The position numbers were made by a program, and so were the translations under genes. 64,000 nucleotides of DNA from positions 1 to 64,000 of the forward strand of contig CAWJJC010000012.1 of assembly GCA_963843145.1 (NCBI GenBank), written 5' to 3'. Origin of the DNA: an uncultured delta proteobacterium (lineage in GTDB: Bacteria > Desulfobacterota > RBG-13-43-22). This document shows, one piece after another, positions 1 to 9,390 of the stretch. Numbering within the stretch: position 1 is the stretch's first letter; every line of letters begins with the position of its first letter. The notes under the pieces were generated by a model. The model had not been told where the DNA came from, made no database searches, and was given only the letters and a program-made list of their open reading frames with translations.

Positions 1-1033
1 GATACAGCCAATCGAGGGCCAGGTTGTAGGCATCCACCAGTTGCTGGGGAGGCTTGCCGACGGCGAAGGTGCGGTAGTAACAGATATGGTACCCATTATA
101 GGTGGTGTTATAGACATCCACGTAAACGATATCGCGGGGCCGGATAATCCGGTCGGTCATGTACCGGGAATTGGGCCAACTGAAGGGACCCGAGGTTACC
201 AGCATGCCGGAATAGACCTCTCCACCCAGGTCATAGGCCTTCTTGTGCATGGATCCCATGATCTCGTTTTCTTTCACCCCGGGCTTGAGCATATCCTTGA
301 CGGTTTGCATCTGGGAGTCGCCGATGGCCGCGCAAATCCGCAGGCACTCCACCTCGTCCGGGTTCTTGATGCTCCGGGCATCAAACATCAACTCGGTGGC
401 CGGAACGACGTTAATCCCTTTGGCCTGAAACCCTTCGATCAGACCGGGATCCCAAACATCCATGGCCAGGGTTTCCTTGGCCAGCCCGTATTCCTTCAGG
501 TCGTCGATGATCTGAGTGACCAGCTTGTCTCTCTGGGCCTGGTGGGCCGATCGACCCATAATGACGCTGCTCCAGCCGCCGCCGGTGATGGCCACTTTGA
601 CCTTATCCAGCCAGGGGGCCATCTGGCGGGTGTGATAGCCGATCTCCCCCTGTTCGTAGAGGATCGGCATCTTGGCGGTGACGGGCATCATACAATAACG
701 CAGTCCCGAAGACGGGGTAGTCCACGCCGGGGTCCAGGTGCCGGTGATGTACCGGGTATTCCATTCCTGAATCGATAAAATCGCCCCAACCTTGTAGGCC
801 TTCAGGGCCTCCCGGGTCCGCTCGACGCGGTATTTCCTCATCCGGTCATAGTCGATCCGACTATCAAAATCCACCGCCTGAGTGCCGCCACCCCGGTAGG
901 CTTTGTAATCGGGAATCATCGGATACTCAAACTTCATGGGGGTATTCGCCGGTTTGAATTTTTCGGCGAATTCCCTCATCTTGGCCGCGCCGTCCCAGGT
1001 AGAATATTTGGTGTGAACCGCATCAATACCCAT
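1..1033 (-). CDS. M24 (aminopeptidase P/creatinase-fold) family hydrolase, 3' end runs off the window
   Basis: Not in the ORF track; translated manually. ATG at 1033 with a GGAGG SD. Reads MGIDAVHTKY...DYDRMRKYRVERTREAL...DARSIKNPDEVECLR...KPGVKENEI...DRIIRPRDIVYVDV...GYHICYYRTF. Confidence 0.85.
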   Translation of the reverse strand, partial: MGIDAVHTKYSTWDGAAKMREFAEKFKPANTPMKFEYPMIPDYKAYRGGGTQAVDFDSRIDYDRMRKYRVERTREALKAYKVGAILSIQEWNTRYITGTWTPAWTTPSSGLRYCMMPVTAKMPILYEQGEIGYHTRQMAPWLDKVKVAITGGGWSSVIMGRSAHQAQRDKLVTQIIDDLKEYGLAKETLAMDVWDPGLIEGFQAKGINVVPATELMFDARSIKNPDEVECLRICAAIGDSQMQTVKDMLKPGVKENEIMGSMHKKAYDLGGEVYSGMLVTSGPFSWPNSRYMTDRIIRPRDIVYVDVYNTTYNGYHICYYRTFAVGKPPQQLVDAYNLALDWLY

Positions 1034-1152
1034 CGTTTTTCCTCCTTTTTTAGACTAGGATTACATTCAGACCGCTGTGGATAAAACAATCTGCCGCTAA
1101 AAAAATTCCTGCCGGATCAAAGTGTACGACCACCTCCTTTATAAAAGATCAC

Positions 1153-1163
1153 ATATATGATAT
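1153..1163. promoter_or_regulatory. Candidate GntR operator (ATATATGATAT)
   Basis: Exact 11-bp reverse-complement match to 7847-7857 in the gntR/garR divergent promoter region. Confidence 0.35.
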
Positions 1164-1271
1164 TTCTCCTAATTCTTCCTTAAAAAACCCGGGCCGCCAG
1201 ACCTGCGGTTCCCGAGTCGCGTCGTCCTATTGCCCCGGGGTCGAGGATTTCGCGCGTACTCCCAGCACGTT

Positions 1272-1979
1272 CTAAACCGCCAGGTATTGGCAGGCGATCT
1301 CTTCGTCGTTCAGAATAGCCTGGGCATCCCCCGAGGTTTGAATCCGGCCTTCGTCGATGACATAGGCCCGATGGGAGATGCTCAGCGCCATTTCCATATT
1401 CTGCTCCACCAGCAGCACGGTCACGCCGCTGCGGTGGATGGTCTGGATAATCTCGGCGATCGTTTCCACCAGCAGGGGCATCAGGCCTTCGGTGGGTTCA
1501 TCGATCAGCATGATTTCCGGATCGGTAATCAACGCCCGGCCGATGGCCAGCATCTGCTGTTCCCCGCCGCTCAGACTGGTCCCCTCCTGCTTCAAGCGGT
1601 CCTTCAGTACGGGGAAATAGTGGGCCACCCGGTCGATCATCTCCTCCTCCCGGTTGAGGTTTTTACTTTTGAGCAGGGCCAGTTTCAGATTTTCCCGGAC
1701 CGTCAAACCGGGGATGATGCGGCGCTCCTCCGGAACGTAGGCAATGCCCTTTTGAATGATGCGGTGGGTGGGCAAAGCGCTGATGTCCTCATCGTGGAAC
1801 AGCACCTGTCCGGACTTAACCGGGGTAATGCCCAAAATGCTTTTCAGGGTAGTGGTTTTGCCCGCCCCGTTCCGGCCTACCAGGGTGACGATTTCCCGGC
1901 TGTTGACCTCTAGCGATACCCCTTGGAGGACGTGGCTCAGACCGTAGTAGGTGTCTATGGCATTCAGCGTCAGCAACAT
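1272..1979 (-). CDS. livF: Branched-chain amino acid-type ABC transporter ATP-binding protein
   Basis: GRNGAGKTT, LSGGEQQML and DEPTEGL motifs. Start moved to the ATG at 1979, which follows a GAGGT SD. Confidence 0.93.
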   Translation of the reverse strand: MLLTLNAIDTYYGLSHVLQGVSLEVNSREIVTLVGRNGAGKTTTLKSILGITPVKSGQVLFHDEDISALPTHRIIQKGIAYVPEERRIIPGLTVRENLKLALLKSKNLNREEEMIDRVAHYFPVLKDRLKQEGTSLSGGEQQMLAIGRALITDPEIMLIDEPTEGLMPLLVETIAEIIQTIHRSGVTVLLVEQNMEMALSISHRAYVIDEGRIQTSGDAQAILNDEEIACQYLAV

Positions 1980-1981
1980 AA

Positions 1982-2145
1982 GATAACCTCGCAAAAAGTC
2001 GAAAAGCGACTTTCTGCTCGGCGAGCGGATCCCGCCTTAGGCAGGACTCCCCCGCCATTTGAAGTGAATTGAAATGGTTTTATCCCCTGCCCCAGCCCGG
2101 CGCTTAACCCCGCCTTCGGCGGGGCGGTCTTTTGCGAGTCCGTCA
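1982..2145. repeat. ~165-bp MITE/REP-like palindromic element, copy 1
   Basis: Begins GATAACCTCGCAAAAAGTC and ends GTCTTTTGCGAGTCCGTCA (imperfect terminal inverted repeats). Long blocks are shared with 35869-36025. Confidence 0.85.
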
Positions 2146-2161
2146 CAGAAGCCCCCCGGTT

Positions 2162-2908
2162 TCAGCATTTGATGCCTCCTAGATAAACCCGGCGTACCTC
2201 TTCGTTGTTGCGGATATCATCCGGGGTTCCCTGGGCGAGAAGTTTTCCGTAATGCAGGACAGTGATCGTATTGGAAACCTCCATGACCACCTTCATCTTG
2301 TGTTCCACCAGGACGATCGTCAGGCCGGCGGCTATCTTTTTAATCAGTTCGATGGTCTGCCGGGTTTCATGAGGGGAGAGGCCGGCGGTCGGTTCATCCA
2401 GCAACAGCAGTTTGGGTTTGGTGGCCAGCGCGATGCCGATTTCCAGCCGTTTCCGGTCGCCGTGGGAAAGGTTGGCGGTCGTCTCCGCCTGGAAATCGGC
2501 CAGGCCGATCAACTCCAGGATGGCCAGGCTTTCCTCGACCAACTCCTTATGGGCCAGGGCCTTGGACCAGAGGTTGAAGGTCGTTTTTCGTGACTGGGCG
2601 GCTACCCGCACATTTTCCAGCACCGTCAACATGGGGAAAATATTGGTGATCTGATAGGCCACGGCAATCCCCAGGTGGGAAATCTTGGTCTGGGACAGGG
2701 CGGTAATGTCCTGGTCGATAAAAATCACCTGCCCGCTGGAAGGTTTGATTTCCCCGGTAATCAACTTGAAAAAGGTACTCTTGCCGGCCCCGTTCGGACC
2801 GATGATCGTCTGCAGGTCACCTTTCCGGATAGAAAAACTGACGTCGTTCACCGCCGCCAGGCCGCCGAAATTCTTGGTCAGGTTGATGGTCTTTAGCAAG
2901 GCTTCCAT
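2162..2908 (-). CDS. livG: ABC transporter ATP-binding protein (LivG-like)
   Basis: GPNGAGKST, LSHGDRKRLEI, DEPTAGL and C-terminal VRRVYLG. Confidence 0.93.
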   Translation of the reverse strand: MEALLKTINLTKNFGGLAAVNDVSFSIRKGDLQTIIGPNGAGKSTFFKLITGEIKPSSGQVIFIDQDITALSQTKISHLGIAVAYQITNIFPMLTVLENVRVAAQSRKTTFNLWSKALAHKELVEESLAILELIGLADFQAETTANLSHGDRKRLEIGIALATKPKLLLLDEPTAGLSPHETRQTIELIKKIAAGLTIVLVEHKMKVVMEVSNTITVLHYGKLLAQGTPDDIRNNEEVRRVYLGGIKC

Positions 2909-2925
2909 GGAACCCCGGCCCTCCC

Positions 2926-3909
2926 TTAGTCCTTTTTACGAGTGGAAAGGTTCTTGACGGTACCCCAGACCCCGGCGGGGAAAAACAAGACGCAGAGGAC
3001 GAAGATGACCCCCAAAAAGATCATCCAGTTGGAGGTCAGGGCGCTCAACATATCTTCCAGGTAAAGAAAAATCCCGGCCCCGATAAAGGGCCCGATAAAG
3101 CTCCCCATGCCTCCCAGCAGCGTCATCATGACCACCTGGCCGGAGGTGGTCCAGTAGAGCGCGTCAATGCCGACAAAATGCAGGTAAACGGCGTGGAGTC
3201 CGCCGGCCAACCCGGAGATGGCCCCGGAAATCACAAAAGCCAGCCAGCGGACATTGGTGGTTTCATAGCCGCAGCTTTTGGCCCGGGGCTCATTTTCCCG
3301 GACGGCCTGCAACACTTGTCCAAAAGGGGACTCCAGGATGCGGTTCAGGGCCAGCAGTGAAAGGATGACAAAGAAGAGCACAAAGAAGTAAAAACGGATG
3401 GGTTCATAAATATTCAGATCGTAGCCGAAGAGGGTCAGGGGAGCCGCCGGGAGGTTGCGCAACCCGTTGTCGCCTCCGGTCAGATCCACCCACTGGAAGG
3501 CCAGAAAATAGATCAACTGGGCGAAGGCCAGGGTCAGCATGGCGAAATAAATGCCCCGGCGCTTGATGCAAAGATAACCCAGGACAAAGGCGGTGAACGC
3601 CCCCATGACCATTCCGCTGAAAATTCCAAACCAGATATTCGGCCAGAGTCGAATGAGTACGATCCCGGTGGCATAAGACCCGACCCCGAAATAGGCGGCA
3701 TGGCCGAAGGACAGCATTCCCGTGTACCCCAGGCAGACGTTGAAACCGAGCGCGAATAGTCCCCAGATAATGATCTCCGTAGCCAGGGCCTTATAGGGCA
3801 CGATAAAGGGAATGATAAAAAAGAAAAGGATGATGAAGACCAGAGGATGGTTGGAGAAAATCCCCACCACTCTCGGCCACGCGCCTTGTTTCTGCACCTG
3901 TTCTTCCAT
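2926..3909 (-). CDS. livM: Branched-chain amino acid ABC permease (LivM-like)
   Basis: GYTGMLSFGHAAYFGVG, TGGDNG, SPFG..L.AVRENE and LLGGMGSF motifs; polytopic membrane protein. Confidence 0.92.
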   Translation of the reverse strand: MEEQVQKQGAWPRVVGIFSNHPLVFIILFFFIIPFIVPYKALATEIIIWGLFALGFNVCLGYTGMLSFGHAAYFGVGSYATGIVLIRLWPNIWFGIFSGMVMGAFTAFVLGYLCIKRRGIYFAMLTLAFAQLIYFLAFQWVDLTGGDNGLRNLPAAPLTLFGYDLNIYEPIRFYFFVLFFVILSLLALNRILESPFGQVLQAVRENEPRAKSCGYETTNVRWLAFVISGAISGLAGGLHAVYLHFVGIDALYWTTSGQVVMMTLLGGMGSFIGPFIGAGIFLYLEDMLSALTSNWMIFLGVIFVLCVLFFPAGVWGTVKNLSTRKKD

Positions 3910-3962
3910 TTTTTTCCGCCGGGAAAATCGGTTAATCGGTTAACGGAGCGCTGCTCTCCGGA

Positions 3963-4841
3963 TTACTCCAGAAGACCGGCCCTGCCAAACAGGCCGCTGG
4001 GGCGGATCAACAGCACCACGGCCATGACCAGGAAAATAACAATATCCGCCATCTGGGGATAAAAGAGGGTGGTTATGGCAATGGCCTCTCCCATAATGAT
4101 CCCGGAGAGAATCGCTCCCTTGAGACTGCCCATGCCTCCCACCACCACCACCACGAAGCATTCCACCAGCATCGCCAGTCCCATTTCCGGGAACACACTA
4201 CGGATCGGCGCCGCCAGGATTCCGGCGAGACCGGCCAGGGCGGAGCCGATGCCGAAGACCAGCCACCAGATGCGGCCCATGTCGATACCCAGGGCCTTGA
4301 CCATCAGCGGGTCCCGTGTTCCGGCTTTGATGATCAAACCCAAGTTGGTCTTTTCCAGGAAGTACCAGAGGACGAGACAAATGACGATGGTGATGGCGAT
4401 GACAAATACCCGATAGGCCGGGAAATAGAAGATGCCGAGAATTTCAATGGGCTGGCTTAAGGCCTCCGGAGCCTGGAAGGGATAATCCGAAGTCCCCCAG
4501 AAAATCCGGATGATTTCAATCATGATGAATTGGAGACCGAAGGTCAACAGCAGGGGATAGTTAATGTCCCGGCCGTAGAGGGGACGGATCAGGGTCCGTT
4601 CCACTAAGAGACCGTATCCGCCGATGACCAGCGGGGCCACGATCAGGGCCAGCCAGAAATTGCCGGTCAGGGCTATCGTCGCCACTCCGGCATAGGCGCC
4701 CCACATGTACATGGCCCCATGGGCAAAATTTACTACTGTCAGAAGCCCGAAAATAATCGAGAGCCCCAACGCCAGGAGTACATAAAGCATCCCCAGGGAA
4801 AGGCCGGTAAAAAGCTGCATGACAATAGCGGTCCACTCCAT
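3963..4841 (-). CDS. livH: Branched-chain amino acid ABC permease (LivH-like)
   Basis: LGLSIIFG..VVNFAHG, VVVVGGMGS and RPSGLFG motifs. Confidence 0.92.
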   Translation of the reverse strand: MEWTAIVMQLFTGLSLGMLYVLLALGLSIIFGLLTVVNFAHGAMYMWGAYAGVATIALTGNFWLALIVAPLVIGGYGLLVERTLIRPLYGRDINYPLLLTFGLQFIMIEIIRIFWGTSDYPFQAPEALSQPIEILGIFYFPAYRVFVIAITIVICLVLWYFLEKTNLGLIIKAGTRDPLMVKALGIDMGRIWWLVFGIGSALAGLAGILAAPIRSVFPEMGLAMLVECFVVVVVGGMGSLKGAILSGIIMGEAIAITTLFYPQMADIVIFLVMAVVLLIRPSGLFGRAGLLE

Positions 4842-4863
4842 CGACGCGAATCCTCATGTTGTT

Positions 4864-4889
4864 TCCCGCGCCCCGGTCGGGGCGCGGGA
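4864..4889. promoter_or_regulatory. GC-rich stem-loop after the substrate-binding gene (mRNA stabiliser or attenuator)
   Basis: TCCCGCGCCCC-GGTC-GGGGCGCGGGA, a perfect 11-bp stem. Confidence 0.55.
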
Positions 4890-4902
4890 TCGTCCGGTTA
4901 AA

Positions 4903-6189
4903 TTACTTTTTTTCGATCAAGCCGCTGCGGATAGGCTTGTTCGGATTTTGACCCACCTCGATACAGGTTCGCAGCAGACGCTCGTTTTTCCCCGACACGG
5001 TTTCGATGATCTGAAACACATCGTACTCGGCCTTGGCCTTTTTGGACTTGATGATAAACACATCCTGCTGCGATTGATGGTCGCAGGGCCGCCACCACTG
5101 CTGGCCTTTGTAATTGTCGTAGGTCCGCCCCTCGATGGCTTCGGCCAATTTAGCCGGATCCAGACTGCCGGCCCGATTCACCCCTAAAAGGACTTCTTTC
5201 ACCCCGCTGTAGGCATAGCCGGCATAGTCGATGGGCGGCCGGTTGTTGACTTTTTTAAAAGCGGCCACGAATTCCTTGGCCGTGGGGTGGTTCATTTCCC
5301 AATAGAAGGAGGCGCCGCCGATGACCCCGTCAAAGGCCTCCTCGCCGCCGCCCAGCCGGGAAGACATGAGCAGGATGGGGCAGACGATCTGCATTTTTTT
5401 CTTGAGGCCGAAGGCCGTCGCCTGCTTGGCCGAATTGATTTGATCCTTGCCGAAGTTGTCCAGGAACAGGACGTCCGGTTTGGCGGAGAGGATACGGGGC
5501 ATGTAGGAGGAGTAGTCGCTGGTGCCCAGGGGGTGCTTGGTTTCCCCGACCGATTTGGCCCCGAATTCTTTTCCCCGGCGGATGAAGCCGTCGGTCATCT
5601 GCCAGCCGTAGGCGTAATCCGAGGTCAGGAAGTACCAATTTTTGCCAAACTTCTTGGCCACGTATTCCCCGACGGCCTGGGTGGTCATGTGGGGATCCAT
5701 GGCTTCGTGATAGGTGTAAATGCTGTTGTCCGGCCGCTGGGTGATCTCGTTGGCCTGGCTGATGGACACATAGGGGATCCCGTGCAGCTTGCACTGCTCG
5801 TTGACCGCCAACTGGTTGGCGGCGGACAGTACCCCGGACATGAGGTGAACGCCTTCGCTCTCGATGAGTTCCTTGGCCCGTCGGGCCGCCTCATCGGCTT
5901 TCAGCTTGGTGTCGCGCACCAGGAGTTCCACTTTGCGCCCCAGGACCCCCCCCTTGGCATTGATCTGGGCGATGGCCAGCTCCGCCCCGGCCTGTTGGTC
6001 CTTGGCCTCGGTCCCGTAGGGTCCGGTCAGGGGAATAGGGAATCCCAACTTGATCGGACCGCTATCCTGGGCGTGAGCCCGGCGAACGAAATGAAATCCT
6101 CCCAGGAGCGCCGAGCCCGTGACGATGCCGGTGGTCTTGATGAACGTTCTTCGATCCATGCCGCTGCCTTGAATTTTTTCTTCGGACAT
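4903..6189 (-). CDS. ABC substrate-binding protein (LivK/Peripla_BP_6), Tat-exported
   Basis: Twin-arginine signal DRRTFIK...AHA; IKLG..PLTG and INAKGGVLGRKVEL motifs. Confidence 0.92.
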   Translation of the reverse strand: MSEEKIQGSGMDRRTFIKTTGIVTGSALLGGFHFVRRAHAQDSGPIKLGFPIPLTGPYGTEAKDQQAGAELAIAQINAKGGVLGRKVELLVRDTKLKADEAARRAKELIESEGVHLMSGVLSAANQLAVNEQCKLHGIPYVSISQANEITQRPDNSIYTYHEAMDPHMTTQAVGEYVAKKFGKNWYFLTSDYAYGWQMTDGFIRRGKEFGAKSVGETKHPLGTSDYSSYMPRILSAKPDVLFLDNFGKDQINSAKQATAFGLKKKMQIVCPILLMSSRLGGGEEAFDGVIGGASFYWEMNHPTAKEFVAAFKKVNNRPPIDYAGYAYSGVKEVLLGVNRAGSLDPAKLAEAIEGRTYDNYKGQQWWRPCDHQSQQDVFIIKSKKAKAEYDVFQIIETVSGKNERLLRTCIEVGQNPNKPIRSGLIEKK

Positions 6190-6296
6190 GATCCTCCTCC
6201 TTGCTTAAGGGTTAATAAAAAGGAACGGTGCCTTTAGCTGGTCTACGGGGGGACCGTCAGTCCCGGCGGAATCCCGCCGGCGGTCAACCCCGTTGA

Positions 6297-6983
6297 TTAC
6301 TCTTCCAAGATGGCCACGGCCCGCAGGGGCGCACCGCTGGCACCCACTAACTTGAGGGGAAACCCCGCAAACTGAAACCGCCGGCCAACGAGCTGATCAA
6401 TGTGGGTCAGGTTTTCTATGTGGTAATAATCCAGTTCTTTGGCCAGGACATGGGCCGGGTACGTGGGATCGATATCGATGGTGATGGCGTCCACCCCGAT
6501 AACCCGGACGCCCTGTTCATATAAGTAGCGGACAGCCTCGGCCTGGATGGGGACGATATGGGAAAAATACCGGGGGTCTCCCCAAAAGCGGGAGGCCCCG
6601 GTGTGCATCAGGACTACGTCGCCGGGATGAATGACGGCCCCAACCGCTTGCAGCGCCTTTTGGAGATCTTCCGGGCGGACGTATTCCCCGGGCGCTTTAT
6701 GAGAGAAATCCAGGGCCACGCCAGGGGCATAGCAGAGCTCTAAGGGGATTTTTTCGGCGGTTAGCGGTCGCTGTCCGAAATGAACCAGGGCATCGATGTG
6801 GGTGGAGCAATGGTCACTGAAAAAAACCGAGCAGGTGGTATAGAGGCGATCCATCTTCCCCTGCCCCTGCACCCGGGCCGTCTCTTCATAGGTGTTCCAG
6901 GTGTTGATCAACGTCTTGGCCAGCCCGGGATAGACCGGCTGGCCGGTTTCAATCGGCTGGCTTAAATCAATAATTCGGGACAT
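6297..6983 (-). CDS. Cyclase family (kynurenine formamidase-like) metal-dependent hydrolase
   Basis: IIDLSQ, HCSTHIDA, GVDAITID, HIENL and GAPLRAVA motifs. Confidence 0.9.
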   Translation of the reverse strand: MSRIIDLSQPIETGQPVYPGLAKTLINTWNTYEETARVQGQGKMDRLYTTCSVFFSDHCSTHIDALVHFGQRPLTAEKIPLELCYAPGVALDFSHKAPGEYVRPEDLQKALQAVGAVIHPGDVVLMHTGASRFWGDPRYFSHIVPIQAEAVRYLYEQGVRVIGVDAITIDIDPTYPAHVLAKELDYYHIENLTHIDQLVGRRFQFAGFPLKLVGASGAPLRAVAILEE

Positions 6984-7102
6984 GACTCAGCTTCCTTTCC
7001 CCGGTAACCTACCGGGTCGGCGTTAATTCCCCGTAAATAAAAGAAAACGCTTTCCAGCAGGAGGTGGATGCTCCGGAAACGATGGCCTCTCAGTAGATAT
7101 GC

Positions 7103-7759
7103 TTACTCCTCTTCCAAGGCCTCCTCGATAGTCTTTAAGCCATTTTTTAAGTGGCTCTTCAGGGATTTCTTGGCCAGGGTCGGGTCATTGTGGCGGATGC
7201 TTTCCAGGATCAAAGCGTGCTCCTTATTGGCGTGATCCACCGCACGCTCACTATCGGAAAACAGGCGAAGATAAGGCCCGGTGCTGTTCCATAAACCCTG
7301 CAGGATTTGGAAGAGGCGCGCCGATCCGGACATTTCATTCAGTTTCATATGAAAGGCCCGATTCAGGTTAAACCATTCCGCCCCCCGCACCCCGTTGCGG
7401 ACCATCTGCCGATGCAGTTCCTCCAAGCGCTTGAGGCCCGCCTTATCCTGGTGTTCCAGGCATTTCAGCAGGGCGATTTCCTCCAAGGGGAGACGAAGGG
7501 CGTAGATTTCGTGAAGCTCTGTCCGGGAGAGTCGATTGACCAGAATGCGTTTATTGGATTGAAAGGTGATCAATCCTCCAGCCTCGAGCTCCCTCAGGGC
7601 TTCACGGACCGGCATGGTGCTGACGGCCAATTTTTCAGCGATTTTGCGGATGTTGATCTGTTCCCCGGGCTGGATTTCCCGTTCCAGAATGGCCTGGCGT
7701 AAGGTCTCCAGGACCATCTTCTGGAGAGACTGTTTTTGAATGGGCGTCCCTAAGATCAT
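7103..7759 (-). CDS. GntR family regulator (FCD domain)
   Basis: HTH VSTMPVREALRELEAGG; FCD motifs NRAFH and EH..IL. Confidence 0.92.
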   Translation of the reverse strand: MILGTPIQKQSLQKMVLETLRQAILEREIQPGEQINIRKIAEKLAVSTMPVREALRELEAGGLITFQSNKRILVNRLSRTELHEIYALRLPLEEIALLKCLEHQDKAGLKRLEELHRQMVRNGVRGAEWFNLNRAFHMKLNEMSGSARLFQILQGLWNSTGPYLRLFSDSERAVDHANKEHALILESIRHNDPTLAKKSLKSHLKNGLKTIEEALEEE

Positions 7760-7846
7760 AAGCGCACCCTCGTTTCTTCGGTCGGGGAAAGTTCGATTGG
7801 ACGGCGGCCAGTTAACGATGACCTCTCCGTTGGTTGAATTTAGGAT

Positions 7847-7857
7847 ATATCATATAT
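7847..7857. promoter_or_regulatory. Candidate GntR operator (ATATCATATAT)
   Basis: Lies in the AT-rich divergent gntR/garR intergenic region and matches 1153-1163. Confidence 0.35.
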
Positions 7858-7968
7858 TTTGTAAAAAGCAAGTAAAAAAATGAAAAATGCTCGACAAACG
7901 GAAAGAAGTTGAATAGATTGAAACAAAATAGATTTTTCGCAAGCTTTTGATCAAGAAGGAGGGCGCGC

Positions 7969-8859
7969 ATGATGAAAATTGGTTTTATTGGTTTAGGCAT
8001 TATGGGCCGGCCGATGGCGCACAATCTTTTGCAGGCCGGCTATTCCCTGGTGGTTCACAACCGCCGGCAGAGCCCCGTGGAAGAATTGGTGCAGGCCGGG
8101 GCCGAGGCGGCCGTCTCCTCCCGGGAAGTGGCGGAAAAATCGGAAATCGTCATTACCATGCTACCGGATTCCCCCCAGGTGGAAGAAGTGGTGCTGGGTA
8201 AAAACGGCATCCTGGAGGCGAAACTGCCACCGGGGTTTATTCTGGTGGACATGAGTTCCATCGCCCCTTTGGTGGCGCAGCAGGTCGAAAAAACGCTGGT
8301 CTCCCGGGGGGGGGAGATGCTGGACGCCCCGGTCTCGGGGGGCCAGCCCGGGGCGATCGCCGGGACCCTGGCGATCATGGTCGGGGGCAAACCGGAAATT
8401 TTTGAGAAAGTAAAACCCCTCTTTGAGGTGCTGGGCAACGGGGGGACCCTGGTGGGCCCTATCGGCGCCGGGAATATCACCAAGCTGGTGAACCAGATTA
8501 TTGTGGCCATCAACATCGCGGCCGTTTCCGAAGCCTTTGTGCTCGGCAAAAAGGCCGGGGTTAACCCCCGGTTGATTTTTGAGGCCATTAAAGGCGGACT
8601 GGCCGGCAGCCAAGTGCTGAATGCCAAAATGCCGCTGATGCTGGACCGTAAATTTGATCCCGGGTTTCGGATGGCCTTGCATATCAAGGACCTGAACAAC
8701 GCCCTGTTGACCGGTCACGATATCGGAACACCGCTGCCGCTGACCAGCCAGGTGATGGAAATTATGCAGGCGCTCAAAGTGGCGGGGGAGGAGGGCAACG
8801 ACCATTCCGGACTGGTGCGCTTTTTTGAGCGGCTGGCCGGGGTGGAAGTCACGGAGTAG
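7969..8859 (+). CDS. garR: 2-hydroxy-3-oxopropionate (tartronate semialdehyde) reductase, beta-hydroxyacid dehydrogenase family
   Basis: IGFIGLGIMGRPM, MLPDSPQV, DAPVSGG, KLVNQIIVA and PGFRMALHIKDL motifs. Confidence 0.88.
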   Translation: MMKIGFIGLGIMGRPMAHNLLQAGYSLVVHNRRQSPVEELVQAGAEAAVSSREVAEKSEIVITMLPDSPQVEEVVLGKNGILEAKLPPGFILVDMSSIAPLVAQQVEKTLVSRGGEMLDAPVSGGQPGAIAGTLAIMVGGKPEIFEKVKPLFEVLGNGGTLVGPIGAGNITKLVNQIIVAINIAAVSEAFVLGKKAGVNPRLIFEAIKGGLAGSQVLNAKMPLMLDRKFDPGFRMALHIKDLNNALLTGHDIGTPLPLTSQVMEIMQALKVAGEEGNDHSGLVRFFERLAGVEVTE

Positions 8860-9041
8860 ACCGCTTCAAACCGGAAAATCCACTCGTTAAAAAATGCACC
8901 AACGTGGCCGAAGTCACTCTTCGCGCCCTGCAGGAATACGTGCGGGAGGTGAAAGAGGGAAAATTTCCCACCGAGGAACACTGCTACCGGATAGTGGAAG
9001 GGGAAGAACTAAAATTTCTGGAATCAATGGCCCAAGCTTGA
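8859..9041 (+). pseudogene. panB: 3' remnant of ketopantoate hydroxymethyltransferase (PanB C-terminus)
   Basis: Manual translation DRFKPENPLVKKCTNVAEVTLRALQEYVREVKEGKFPTEEHCY resembles the PanB tail (F.PKFVK.Y.N....Y...V..G.FP..EH.Y). No start codon or N-terminal part. Confidence 0.7.
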
Positions 9042-9096
9042 ATCATCATTGAGACCACCAGGCCGAAAGTGGAACCTGGACCAATTTTGGAAGTCT

Positions 9097-9128
9097 GAAG
9101 GCCGTTCAGCCGAATGGCCTTCTCTTTT
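9097..9128 (+). terminator. Probable intrinsic terminator
   Basis: GAAGGCCGTTC-AGCC-GAATGGCCTTC stem followed by a T-rich tract. Confidence 0.5.
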
Positions 9129-9390
9129 GACGGAGATCAGGGACCGAAGGCAAAACGAGGAGACAAGAAGGAAAGGTCCCTGTATGCTGGATCCCCCCAT
9201 CTTCCATGAACCTCCGAACGGACTCCACCTACAACTCTTCCACCGAGACCATTTCAGAAATCAACGATTATCGTTTGAACTCTGACTGAAAATGGCCCTG
9301 TTGCTTTGACCCCTTAAACCTCGAACAACAGGCGGTATCCCTTTAAAGGAATATTTTTGGGGAAGGGGAGATCTAACTGACTTGGCTTAA

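Noticed and set aside
41-778. 245-aa plus-strand ORF
   Set aside because: Antisense shadow of the M24 gene, which the track missed because it runs off the window.
1816-2058. 80-aa ORF sharing AEQKVAF.LFARLS with the GspH extension
   Set aside because: The similarity comes from the non-coding repeat element, not from a protein domain.
9049-9285. 78-aa ORF after the panB remnant
   Set aside because: No recognisable motif or SD, and it overlaps a terminator-like hairpin.
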